IMG/VR virus record: IMGVR_UViG_3300018049_000008
Reading direction: 5' to 3' (one strand)
DNA length: 54,894 nucleotides
From: an uncultured virus (IMG/VR IMGVR_UViG_3300018049_000008)
Lineage: Duplodnaviria > Heunggongvirae > Uroviricota > Caudoviricetes
Below the pieces are notes generated by a model. That model had not been told where the DNA came from and ran no database searches. It saw only the letters and a list, made by a program, of their open reading frames with translations. This document shows positions 35,645 to 44,670 of the stretch, piece by piece; the stretch's first letter is position 1; every line of letters starts with the position of its first letter. The position numbers were made by a program, and so were the translations under genes.

Positions 35645-36873
35645 TATTTTTCCCAGCCTTTGATTACCTCCGGCGAGAAATTGGCTCTGGAAAATTCCAT
35701 ACGATCCACAATCTTCACAGCATCATTACTCAAGTGATCGATAGCAACAAATCCTTCAGGTGCAGTCACTTTAAATCCGTTCTTTGTTCGAAGGAATGTG
35801 CTCATGCTGCCAGCCTGATTCATCTTATCGATAATCATCTGTTTGATATCGGCAAGCATGACCATTAGTCTAAACATATTCTCGAAGTCTTTTGCTTTAT
35901 ATTGAGTAAAGATTTTGAGAACATCTGATTGCTTTGCTTTTACTGCAGATTTACCTTTATCAGATGATCGCTTATCCATTTCTTTACCATAATAGTTAGT
36001 AATATAATCAATCAATTTTTTGGCATGAGTTTTAGGATTAGCGCGCTGACCTTGACGTACAAATGTATTATTAAACGTCTTCACACGAAGTTTAAGTTCT
36101 TCATTATTAGCGATACCATTTAACAAACCAGCAGGAACTGACTTGAACAAGACTCCTGCCTTTGACAATTCGTCAGTAACAGCTTTTGTTTCTGCCGCGC
36201 TGAACACAGCTCGCCCGGATTCGTCGCGATAGGTGGCGTCAGTTTGCCAGATACTGGCAGAGGAATTAAATTTGGAGGCGATGTCCTTACCAAAAGAGGC
36301 CGACATAGTCTCAAAGGAAGTACCTGTGTAGGTGGTATGCCAAACGACTCCAATATTGGCTTTGGCAATTTGTCTTCCGAGTGGAGTGTTAACGGGAATA
36401 GCATACACAATAGTGTTAGGCTGAAAAGTGTAATATACTTGATCATCTATTTTTTCCTTCTTCACATCACCTTTTGTAAACATCAAGTCGCCTTGATATA
36501 CTCCTGATTTGACACCTAGTTTTGAGAATTCTGCGAGTGATTGTAATAGCTTGTCTTGTAAATCTCCGGAAGTATCAGCTTTAACGTCAGCGGGAGTCTT
36601 GTAAACTTTTGGATTCTTATTGAACACTCCTTTCTTAGCCACAAAAAACTTACCATCTGAAGGATCGACACCCACAAATACAGCCGGAGCACCGTCCCAT
36701 TTGACAGTCCTTGAAATATTTTTGTTCGTATGACCCGCCAACATATCTCGCAGAGAACGTAGAAAAATAATTGCTTTACGTGTTCCATTCACACCCTCGT
36801 TAAACATCATATCTTCCACGTGTTCCATGTGGGTATTCTTAGCTTCAATAATAAATTGATTAAACTTTTTCAT
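35644..36873 (-). CDS. Conserved T4-like protein with ligase/capping-type nucleotidyltransferase motifs and capsid-targeting-like N-terminus
   Basis: MKKFNQFIIE; H.EH.ED; VKWDGAP, YQGDLMF, PEGFV, VKIVDR. Confidence 0.65.
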   Translation of the reverse strand: MKKFNQFIIEAKNTHMEHVEDMMFNEGVNGTRKAIIFLRSLRDMLAGHTNKNISRTVKWDGAPAVFVGVDPSDGKFFVAKKGVFNKNPKVYKTPADVKADTSGDLQDKLLQSLAEFSKLGVKSGVYQGDLMFTKGDVKKEKIDDQVYYTFQPNTIVYAIPVNTPLGRQIAKANIGVVWHTTYTGTSFETMSASFGKDIASKFNSSASIWQTDATYRDESGRAVFSAAETKAVTDELSKAGVLFKSVPAGLLNGIANNEELKLRVKTFNNTFVRQGQRANPKTHAKKLIDYITNYYGKEMDKRSSDKGKSAVKAKQSDVLKIFTQYKAKDFENMFRLMVMLADIKQMIIDKMNQAGSMSTFLRTKNGFKVTAPEGFVAIDHLSNDAVKIVDRMEFSRANFSPEVIKGWEK

Positions 36874-37246
36874 TTTTTTCCTTGTAATCTTTTATCGCAG
36901 CTTTGATCGCATCTTCTGCAAGCACACTACAGTGGATTTTGACTGGTGGAAGTGCGAGCTCTTCTGCAATATCGGTGTTTCTAATATTCCCAGCTTCATC
37001 AAGACTCTTACCTTTAACCCATTCGGTAAGGAGGGAGGAAGAAGCGATAGCACTTCCGCATCCGTAGGTTTTAAACCTAGCATCTTCGATAATTCCATCG
37101 TCATTTACCTGTATTTGTAGTTGCATAACATCGCCGCATGCAGGTGCACCAACCATACCAGTGCCAATGTCAGGTGCATCTTTATCGAGCTTTCCTACAT
37201 TTCGTGGATTCTCGTAGTGATCCATTACTTGTTCACTATACGCCAT
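36860..37246 (-). CDS. iscU: Fe-S cluster scaffold IscU
   Basis: DHYENPRNVG, GAPACGD, YGCGSAIAS, LPPVKIHCS. Confidence 0.97.
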   Translation of the reverse strand: MAYSEQVMDHYENPRNVGKLDKDAPDIGTGMVGAPACGDVMQLQIQVNDDGIIEDARFKTYGCGSAIASSSLLTEWVKGKSLDEAGNIRNTDIAEELALPPVKIHCSVLAEDAIKAAIKDYKEKNEKV

Positions 37247-38583
37247 TATTCATAAACCTTTATATACACACTCGACAACTTAGATTGACTACCTGCATAA
37301 TTATGTATAGAGTTGACAATCTTGTTTGCTTTGGTACCTTTATTTTTCACAAGTATACTTAATAAAGTGCATACTCCTAATTTTCCATGTATCCATTCAA
37401 TTTCTTGTTTTGGTACTTCAGCTTTAAATTCTTTTTCTTTAATCTGATTATTTACCATCTTAGCCATATTCCAAAATTTTTGAAGATCTTGTTTATTGCC
37501 CTTCTTTATATTTTTGGCCATATTTACGATGGCAGAATTATTTGGTAAAGTTATGCCTGTTACATCATTGATAAATTCTGTAATTGGTCCCCAGCTTGCA
37601 CCACCACCTCGTGCAGTCTTTCCAAGAATCTCGGCTTTAATAATAGCCAAGCCTGAATTTGGTCTAACTTCCATCTTTCCATCAGAATAAATGATTTGAC
37701 CACCTTTTGAAGAATAGAATGTATTATTTCTATTCTGACCTTGAGTCTTAGCTTCAACAAATTTTAATTTTGATGGTCGTGCATTACCTTCATTGAGAAC
37801 TGATAACTTAGCAACTTTCTTTACCTGCTTCAGAGAAATACCAACACAGTTTTTGTTTTTAAATGCTGCAGCAATATCTTGATTATATTCTTGAATCGTA
37901 CGAGTGCTCATCTTCGATACATCAAAATTCTTTTCAACGGCCCATATATCGCCAGGATTCCATTTATCATCAGTCATGATTTCCATTCCTGAATTTTTAA
38001 ATGCTTCTTTCTTCATAGAATATATTTTTTTCATTACATTTGAATCGCGATGAAACACATGTCTCTTATTAATATATCCTTTTGATATCAATATTTCGCT
38101 TGATTTAAATGCTGAGTTGTGCCAAAGAGAATCAGCATCTCGTATTTCATCAAATGACGTACTACCAACTTCACATTTTGCATATGCTTTTTTCAAAACA
38201 GATGGTGTAAAAAATGAAATATCTTTGCCAGGATTGTCGAGCATAGCCTGACAATATACACATTGCATCGATTCTACAACTGCAGTTTGAAGAGTACCAC
38301 CGCCGGCACCACCGCCGCCTCCACCGAAAAGCGCACTTTTAGCGATATCTGACGATTTAATAGTTCGCGAACCTGCAGTCAGTTCAAAAGCTTTTTCTTC
38401 TTTTCGAAACTGTTCTATGCCTGCTAAATTTTCTTTAGATTTATCAAGCTTGAGTTCACTACCATCAACCAGTGGTAATACAATACCTTCTTTTATAGCG
38501 CGTTCAAGAATATCGATACGCTGCTCGCCTGTATTGCTATTTTTCTTTTTAAGTTCAGCTGGTGTAAGCTTTGCAAGTGCCAT
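37246..38583 (-). CDS. Hypothetical protein, possible PD-(D/E)xK nuclease
   Basis: E...DKWNPGDIW...GISLK; Gly-rich linker; AGGAG RBS. Confidence 0.5.
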   Translation of the reverse strand: MALAKLTPAELKKKNSNTGEQRIDILERAIKEGIVLPLVDGSELKLDKSKENLAGIEQFRKEEKAFELTAGSRTIKSSDIAKSALFGGGGGGAGGGTLQTAVVESMQCVYCQAMLDNPGKDISFFTPSVLKKAYAKCEVGSTSFDEIRDADSLWHNSAFKSSEILISKGYINKRHVFHRDSNVMKKIYSMKKEAFKNSGMEIMTDDKWNPGDIWAVEKNFDVSKMSTRTIQEYNQDIAAAFKNKNCVGISLKQVKKVAKLSVLNEGNARPSKLKFVEAKTQGQNRNNTFYSSKGGQIIYSDGKMEVRPNSGLAIIKAEILGKTARGGGASWGPITEFINDVTGITLPNNSAIVNMAKNIKKGNKQDLQKFWNMAKMVNNQIKEKEFKAEVPKQEIEWIHGKLGVCTLLSILVKNKGTKANKIVNSIHNYAGSQSKLSSVYIKVYE

Positions 38584-38610
38584 AGAAACTCCTTTGTCTA
38601 TGGCTATTTA

Positions 38611-39201
38611 TTATGCTGCAAACTGGAACCACTGTGGTACAGGACGTTTAGACCAAACCATCTTGAAACGATGTTGTTTAGTCTGATAGAACTTTCGATA
38701 CGAGCCAATTACATCGTTCGGATCAATACATTCAGGTGCAGCACCCATCGCCAATGGCATAGGTGTAACTTCCTGTGATGGATTAATGTTATTTGGTGGA
38801 TAACACAACCAACCATCCAAAGCATCAGTCTTGTGACTTTTACCATATCGATAGTTGTATTCGATGCCAAGATACAGGAACATTTGATATGCCCACTGAT
38901 AATTACCAGCTGTCTCCATTGCCCATTCTGTGCATGGATGCTTCATGTGTGCAGCCTTATATAGTACATCTTCGCGCTCGTCAGGCAGACGCCAGTGCTT
39001 CTTCATGCGAGGCTCACCTGATTTAAGATAGACTTGATTCCCCTGTTTATCAAGGGCAGGCACCATTGTCAACTCACCGTCAAGTAGTCGATGAACTGTG
39101 CAGAGCATTTGTGCTTCTTCGACATACATCTTAGGCACATGCTTGTCGCAATGTGATTGAGCACATTGCTGTGGAGTATGTTCAATTCTAAATCTATTCA
39201 C
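38611..39201 (-). CDS. denV: Pyrimidine dimer DNA glycosylase / endonuclease V-like protein
   Basis: A..HCDKHV.KM..E.AQML, YK.AH..HPC..W, EY..RYGK.H. Confidence 0.8.
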   Translation of the reverse strand: MNRFRIEHTPQQCAQSHCDKHVPKMYVEEAQMLCTVHRLLDGELTMVPALDKQGNQVYLKSGEPRMKKHWRLPDEREDVLYKAAHMKHPCTEWAMETAGNYQWAYQMFLYLGIEYNYRYGKSHKTDALDGWLCYPPNNINPSQEVTPMPLAMGAAPECIDPNDVIGSYRKFYQTKQHRFKMVWSKRPVPQWFQFAA

Positions 39202-39332
39202 TGATTATGTCCATCATATAGTTGTTGAATGATACGCTCGAATTCTTCAAGCGTTACATTAATATAGTACTTCTTTTCGTCGTAATTGTACACCAGAATG
39301 CCATCGTCAATCAAGCGTTTCGTATCTTTCAT
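39198..39332 (-). CDS. 44-aa hypothetical protein
   Basis: Not in ORF track; GTGA overlap with the next gene. Confidence 0.5.
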   Translation of the reverse strand: MKDTKRLIDDGILVYNYDEKKYYINVTLEEFERIIQQLYDGHNQ

Positions 39333-39334
39333 AG

Positions 39335-39505
39335 TCACCAGTTATGCACCACATTTGCTATAATAAAAAAACAGGTCATGAAGTTGACACCGACAATGAT
39401 AGTACGTACAAACGTAATATAGTTGTCATACGGTTTTGTGGTATCGTCATCATAACCACCCAGACTATACTGCCAAATTTTCCAAAGTTTTACCAATCTG
39501 TACAT
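39335..39505 (-). CDS. 56-aa conserved small membrane protein
   Basis: Not in ORF track: WKIWQYSLG...D..T..YDN....RT......CFFIIANVVHNW. Confidence 0.7.
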   Translation of the reverse strand: MYRLVKLWKIWQYSLGGYDDDTTKPYDNYITFVRTIIVGVNFMTCFFIIANVVHNW

Positions 39506-39738
39506 TCGTATATCTCAAATACTTTATCGCCACAAACTAATTCTTCGTTTATTATTTCACAACGCTTTCGAGTTTCACTGATTTTTTCCCAACGCTTACA
39601 GAAGCTGTTGCCGTAGTCGTACTCAAGCTCATATGCTTCTGATACCTCGATGTCTTCTAGCTCAACGTCTTTCGTTGTTGTAGCACAACCGGCGAGAATC
39701 AAACCAGCGGAAATATATCCGATATAACTTTTCCACAT
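39490..39738 (-). CDS. Lipoprotein
   Basis: Signal peptide with lipobox LAGC; four further Cys. Confidence 0.7.
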   Translation of the reverse strand: MWKSYIGYISAGLILAGCATTTKDVELEDIEVSEAYELEYDYGNSFCKRWEKISETRKRCEIINEELVCGDKVFEIYECTDW

Positions 39739-40361
39739 TCTTTCGCTAACTCCATGTGTTCGAGCTGTGTACCATTTGCGGATCGCAGCTCAATAAAATG
39801 TACCCATGACCTGAGTGTACCATTTACATACAATCTGGAAATTGTGTTACCTTCCGGTAGTACAGCTCGAGCTTGTTCTTTGGCAATGCCATGATCTATA
39901 GCCCATTTATATGCTCGTTGAGCTCTATTGATAACAGCCAGTTGCTCATCTTCCCATCGCTCCATAATATATTCATCATCGCATGCAATACTATTCTGAC
40001 GATTCTTTGGATCTTGCAAACGTGCTTCTCTTACTTCGAATGGATATTCTTCCATGTCAGTCGGATCTGCATATCGTTGAGAGAATTCTTGGAATGAGAA
40101 CGATCGATGTCGCAATAACTGACGAGCAATATCACGAGTTGTTTCTATTTCCATACACACTGATACCATCTCGAGTGGTGACCAATGTTTATGCTTGATA
40201 AGATATTTAACCAGCTTCTCAGATGTCTCTTTGTTCATCTGATTAGAAGGATTACTGACTCGTGCACAGAAAGCAACGAGATCAAGGGCAGATGCATAAT
40301 CACCACGATCAAATACTACATCTACTGGTACCTGACTATGACTAATTAGTTTTACTTTCAT
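39699..40361 (-). CDS. thyX: Flavin-dependent thymidylate synthase
   Basis: H.SP.E, RQLLRHRSFSFQEFSQRY, E.AR.VLP. Confidence 0.96.
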   Translation of the reverse strand: MKVKLISHSQVPVDVVFDRGDYASALDLVAFCARVSNPSNQMNKETSEKLVKYLIKHKHWSPLEMVSVCMEIETTRDIARQLLRHRSFSFQEFSQRYADPTDMEEYPFEVREARLQDPKNRQNSIACDDEYIMERWEDEQLAVINRAQRAYKWAIDHGIAKEQARAVLPEGNTISRLYVNGTLRSWVHFIELRSANGTQLEHMELAKECGKVISDIFPLV

Positions 40362-40366
40362 TTATT

Positions 40367-40657
40367 TTACTCAACCTTAATAATAAAATTTTCGCCATCA
40401 AGTCGAATATGATTTACTAGCAGTGGTTCATCACCCTTCTGTCCACCTTGAATCTCATCATAGAAAATTATAGAGCCAATTGCAACATACGGGCCGCCAC
40501 TCGGATCAAACATACCAAGATCATTTATATCCAGTTTTTCTTGACCTTCCTTACCACCATAACGACAGTACTTCATTGAGTCGCCTTCCATCACAAACTT
40601 GTACTCTTTGTCATTGAGTTTTTCCCAATGATAATCATCACTATATCTATTTTTCAT
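40367..40657 (-). CDS. Hypothetical protein
   Basis: NRY.D...DPSGGPY motif; TAATG overlap sets the start at 40657. Confidence 0.75.
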   Translation of the reverse strand: MKNRYSDDYHWEKLNDKEYKFVMEGDSMKYCRYGGKEGQEKLDINDLGMFDPSGGPYVAIGSIIFYDEIQGGQKGDEPLLVNHIRLDGENFIIKVE

Positions 40658-40947
40658 TAAATTTCTCGTAATATAGTTGATGCCAACATGAACGCAGATA
40701 CTGCATTCAACATGATAAGAGCTCGATCTCTCCAGATGACTGAAACCCATAACCACAATAGGATGCCAATAACACCGAATACCAAATCATACATTCGATA
40801 ATCTGGTCCTGCAGATCTCATTGCAAGTGAGATAAGAATCATGATTGAAGCGATCCACTTCAAATACCAATCAAAATTTTCTGGATACCATGAGCGATCA
40901 GGCTTTTGTCTACCTTCAGCTCGTTTCATTGGATCACGCGTGACCAT
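40657..40947 (-). CDS. Membrane protein (about 3 TM)
   Basis: DWYLKW.AS...W.DRALI.LN. Confidence 0.75.
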   Translation of the reverse strand: MVTRDPMKRAEGRQKPDRSWYPENFDWYLKWIASIMILISLAMRSAGPDYRMYDLVFGVIGILLWLWVSVIWRDRALIMLNAVSAFMLASTILREI

Positions 40948-41141
40948 TATGCATAACTCCATGTCAAAAGACTAATTAAAGAACCCAAGGCTAAAATGCC
41001 GAGGAGTCCATAAAAAGCAAACTTAAAAATAACGCCTGCAAATTTGCAAATCGCCCAAACTATTAAACCAATGATCGTGAGCCAAAAGACACTCCATCCA
41101 AAAATATAGAGTGTACCAATTGCCATGATAATAAGTTCCAT
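40947..41141 (-). CDS. Small hydrophobic membrane protein
   Basis: Almost entirely hydrophobic; TAATG overlaps. Confidence 0.7.
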   Translation of the reverse strand: MELIIMAIGTLYIFGWSVFWLTIIGLIVWAICKFAGVIFKFAFYGLLGILALGSLISLLTWSYA

Positions 41142-41296
41142 TACTCAGCCTCAGCTTCTCCACTAGGTCGATCAATAATATTCGTATTGTTTTGAATCTC
41201 AGCCACTAGTTCAGAAACTTGATTGTAAGGCATTGCACCTAAAACAGCGAGAATTTTATTCATTGTGTCAATTTCAATCAAAACCACTTTTTCCAT
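41141..41296 (-). CDS. 51-aa hypothetical protein
   Basis: Not in ORF track; GAGGA RBS; N.IL..LG.MPY.QV..L...I motif. Confidence 0.65.
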   Translation of the reverse strand: MEKVVLIEIDTMNKILAVLGAMPYNQVSELVAEIQNNTNIIDRPSGEAEAE

Positions 41297-41298
41297 AA

Positions 41299-41466
41299 TT
41301 ATTTCCTCAAATCATCTTGAATGTCATCAATGATGGCTTCACCTTTTTTATCTACCCAAGCACAGCCTTTATAGGCGTATTCGATAGCAGTAAACAGCAA
41401 ATCCCAAACTATTGCTACTGGTACAACAATACCATAAAGCAAACCTATTTTTACATATCTATTCAT
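41299..41466 (-). CDS. 55-aa membrane protein
   Basis: Not in ORF track; ATGA overlap with upstream ORF. Confidence 0.6.
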   Translation of the reverse strand: MNRYVKIGLLYGIVVPVAIVWDLLFTAIEYAYKGCAWVDKKGEAIIDDIQDDLRK

Positions 41467-41777
41467 AGTTTATCCATGATTCTATCAATTTTACGATTAA
41501 TGGTACGCTGTACCTTATTATCAATCGATCGACGTGCATACCATGCTGTACGATCAATATTCTTTTCTACGATACCACAAAATGCACCAGTACCGGTAGC
41601 TGTTCGATCACATTGATTACGAAGGACCTGTGACTTAGGAATAAAGTCTCCGGTTTGTGGATCTGTAACAGTGTAGCAATTCTTACAAAACAAGTTGTTT
41701 GCTACTTTCTCTTCTTCTGTCTGTGCATTGGCTTCGAAAGCAACGAGAACCAATGCGAGTGCGAATAATTTTTTCAT
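41463..41777 (-). CDS. Secreted/periplasmic protein
   Basis: GGAGG RBS; MKKLFALALVLVAFEANA signal peptide; four Cys. Confidence 0.75.
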   Translation of the reverse strand: MKKLFALALVLVAFEANAQTEEEKVANNLFCKNCYTVTDPQTGDFIPKSQVLRNQCDRTATGTGAFCGIVEKNIDRTAWYARRSIDNKVQRTINRKIDRIMDKL

Positions 41778-41799
41778 AGGAAGTTCCTCCAAACCTTAT

Positions 41800-42468
41800 T
41801 TATGCTGCTTCTTCGACAGCCACTTCAATGGGTACAATTTCAGCCATCTCAGAGATCTTATTGATTAGCGCGGATCGACGAATGCGTGTATAACCGCCGT
41901 ATCTGCTTCGTTCAGCAAAAGCCACAATCGAACCAGTCCACTCGGCGAAGAAAGCATAAGTCTTATCACTACCACGTACGCGAACTTTGATGGTATCAAG
42001 ATAGTTAGAAGCGAGTTTGCAATTTGCAAACATTGCGCCGACGATAGCTTTTGCTTTTTCATGACCAATTCTGGTATCAGCATCGATCTTCGCTTTACGC
42101 TCGGCTTCTTCTTCATCACGCAAACGTTTTCGTTCTGCTTGGATATCTGCGAAAGCAGTCATGATAGCTTCTTCGTCATTGCGAACGGCTTCGACAAAGT
42201 TGCACGCTTCGCCAAGTAGTTTGATGTAAGCATTGGTAGTTTCGATAGCGTCCAAACCATTTTCGCCACCAGACGATCGATTGATTTCGGTCCTGAGCTC
42301 GTACTTGATATCATCATCTTTTGTATATTTGTAGTCGACTCGCGCATAGACTGTAACTACACTTGATGACCAAAAATATTTTTCGTCAGTGAATTCGAAT
42401 GCAGTGTAACCACCGTTGATGATTTTTTCGAAAGCTTCAGTGTTGTATACTGGATTGGTCATAGTCAT
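41800..42468 (-). CDS. Hypothetical protein
   Basis: AAGGAG RBS. Confidence 0.75.
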   Translation of the reverse strand: MTMTNPVYNTEAFEKIINGGYTAFEFTDEKYFWSSSVVTVYARVDYKYTKDDDIKYELRTEINRSSGGENGLDAIETTNAYIKLLGEACNFVEAVRNDEEAIMTAFADIQAERKRLRDEEEAERKAKIDADTRIGHEKAKAIVGAMFANCKLASNYLDTIKVRVRGSDKTYAFFAEWTGSIVAFAERSRYGGYTRIRRSALINKISEMAEIVPIEVAVEEAA

Positions 42469-42473
42469 TCTCC

Positions 42474-42788
42474 TTAAGCTACTTCAATTTCGTTAAAACC
42501 AAAACCTGCCACCATGAAATATCGATGACCGTCAGTGTGAGTCTCAATAATATCACCAACACTCAGTGAGTGCATTGGCATAAATCGACGAACTGCGTCA
42601 GGATTGTTCCAAGCATTTGTGAGATGAAACACATCGTCGAGGTCAACCGCTTCAACCCGAGCAACTGGATTGAAGTATTGAAAATCTTGAGGTTGATAGT
42701 CTGAATCATTGAAAGACAGACGACGATAAGTATCAAGATCTCGATCAGAGAGGTCTCGGTCGAGCTGGTGAATAGTGAATGTTGCCAT
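42474..42788 (-). CDS. YodL-like domain protein
   Basis: F.I.QL...LDDVF...N...MHSLSVGDII...F. Confidence 0.7.
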   Translation of the reverse strand: MATFTIHQLDRDLSDRDLDTYRRLSFNDSDYQPQDFQYFNPVARVEAVDLDDVFHLTNAWNNPDAVRRFMPMHSLSVGDIIETHTDGHRYFMVAGFGFNEIEVA

Positions 42789-42815
42789 AGCTTTTTTCCT
42801 GTGTTTTTCCAATTT

Positions 42816-42979
42816 ACAAGTGCTATTCTATCAAGCGGTGACAGGAATGTACATCTCTAAGTTATTGATTTATAAAGACTTTTTGAAGACTTGCAAGTTA
42901 TTGATTTTATTAGACTTTTTCAAGAACTTTTTTCACTTTTTTTAGACTATTTTCGTCTAAGTATATAACTTTTTGATCT
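42816..42979 (-). repeat. Duplicated early-promoter cassette, copy 2
   Basis: Promoter 42825-42853, IHF-consensus sites 42858-42870 and 42894-42906, 56-bp block identical to copy 1. Confidence 0.92.
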
Positions 42980-42984
42980 TTTGC

Positions 42985-43683
42985 TTATAAAATGGTTTCA
43001 AAATCAGTTAAAAATGACCAAAGCGCCGAATCTTCTGAATACTTATTGATATTGCAGGCGGCTGTAATTCTTGTCTCATCTGATGAAAATTTACCTACAC
43101 CATGAAATACCCAACCGGGTAAGATGACAACTTCACCATCTTTACCCCAATGTTCATATGTTTCATTTCGTTCTGAATCATAGAATACTGTAGGCGCTAC
43201 ATGACAATTTTTTACATAGACAACTGTTGTGAATGTACATGGATGAACATGTGGTAAATTTTCACTAGACGAATCTGCCAAATTGAACCACCAAGAAGAT
43301 TCTTTATTATATGGAACAGCTGCCATTTGAATAGCAGCACCAGACCATAATTCAGAATAAGACTTATCAGTTCGTTGATGCATAAAATAGGTAGCCAAAC
43401 CTATCATGTAGGCATGTAAGTTTGAATCTAAAATTTTAGTAATAGGAATTGCAGTTTGTCCTGCATTAGCACCTACATTATGATGATGTTTTAGAAAACC
43501 TAAATCAGGATGATTAAGGGTTTCTCTACACTCATAAGCTAATCTTAAAAAATCATTGTGTATATCAGGATGAAGCTTGCCGGCAAGAATAGGTAAACTA
43601 AAATCTAGATATTGGAAATTAGAAAAAAGCTTGTTCAAGCCTAATTCTAATTTGTCTATATGAGGTAAATCATCATTTTTCAT
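42985..43683 (-). CDS. Putative 2OG-Fe(II) oxygenase
   Basis: W.N......PHVH.....VVY...G...ILP.W..H.V......RIT.A.N. Confidence 0.7.
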   Translation of the reverse strand: MKNDDLPHIDKLELGLNKLFSNFQYLDFSLPILAGKLHPDIHNDFLRLAYECRETLNHPDLGFLKHHHNVGANAGQTAIPITKILDSNLHAYMIGLATYFMHQRTDKSYSELWSGAAIQMAAVPYNKESSWWFNLADSSSENLPHVHPCTFTTVVYVKNCHVAPTVFYDSERNETYEHWGKDGEVVILPGWVFHGVGKFSSDETRITAACNINKYSEDSALWSFLTDFETIL

Positions 43684-43945
43684 TTGTTAAATCATGTACG
43701 TGCAATGCAATAAGTGCGTAGTGAAGAACTTTAAGTAGATCTTTTCGGTTCTTACCTTCTTTTTTACCATAACGTTGAGTATATTTAATCACATTTCCCA
43801 AACAAAATCCTTCACCATGACCGGCATCAATAACAAACTCTGTGGTCTGAACTTTGTTTTGTGCATAGTGTTCATCATAAGTTTGATCAACATATGCTTT
43901 TAGTTCATCGATTAGTTGCTGTTCATTATATTTGTACTCAATCAT
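43673..43945 (-). CDS. DUF3310-like protein (T7 gp1.7 nucleotide-kinase-related family)
   Basis: HY...GFCLGNVIKY..RYGKK.G....DL.K..HY. Confidence 0.75.
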   Translation of the reverse strand: MIEYKYNEQQLIDELKAYVDQTYDEHYAQNKVQTTEFVIDAGHGEGFCLGNVIKYTQRYGKKEGKNRKDLLKVLHYALIALHVHDLTNEK

Positions 43946-44510
43946 CTCCAATTCCATAAACTGTCCAAAAGTTTTGTCCATCCCCTAAAAGGTCATAATC
44001 AGATACGTATGCATTTCCACTCACTGAAATTCTAATTTTATCGCTCGTATTTCTTTGAGTATAATGTGTTATCCAATCAGGAAAAATAACAAGCTTACCT
44101 GTTTCAGGAATCACATAATCAATCACTCTTCGTTTTTCTGCCATCATACTAAAGATAAGATCACCAGTACTATCGTCAGCATCTACATAATATACCCAAG
44201 ATAGAGCCATAGGATTCTGTCTATCGCTATGTTGATGTGGTCCGGTAGATTCACCCGGATTAATAATATGAGACCATTTTTGTTGAGTAGAAAATCCTGA
44301 ATGTATATTTTCTTTTATAACTTGATCAACTGCTGATATTAGTTTTTTACCTAATTTTGTTGTTGGATAATCACTATCTTCGAAAAACGTATGCTTCGGA
44401 TCTTTAAAAGCTTTATCATCTTTTAATTCTAAAACATCTTTAGCAAGTTGTACATTATCAAATTCAAGTGTTGTCACAAATTTATTACATAGGAATATTG
44501 GTTCAAACAT
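43938..44510 (-). CDS. Putative 2OG-Fe(II) oxygenase
   Basis: PHQH, SWVYYV, G.L.F, P..G.LVIFP.W..H....N....RIS.S.N. Confidence 0.75.
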   Translation of the reverse strand: MFEPIFLCNKFVTTLEFDNVQLAKDVLELKDDKAFKDPKHTFFEDSDYPTTKLGKKLISAVDQVIKENIHSGFSTQQKWSHIINPGESTGPHQHSDRQNPMALSWVYYVDADDSTGDLIFSMMAEKRRVIDYVIPETGKLVIFPDWITHYTQRNTSDKIRISVSGNAYVSDYDLLGDGQNFWTVYGIGDD

Positions 44511-44670
44511 AATCTTCAATACTCACTATTGTTTTTTTAATAATATCTTCGAAAGTTCCATCAGGTTCACGTATAACTATTCTATCACTTTGTGGATTAT
44601 CATGCGCAATAGTACCTATACAGGTTAGATGATCACCAGTTTTCCAGTGTTCATACACGATCTTCTTCAT
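44503..44670 (-). CDS. 55-aa hypothetical protein
   Basis: Not in ORF track; ATGA overlap with helicase stop. Confidence 0.6.
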   Translation of the reverse strand: MKKIVYEHWKTGDHLTCIGTIAHDNPQSDRIVIREPDGTFEDIIKKTIVSIEDYV

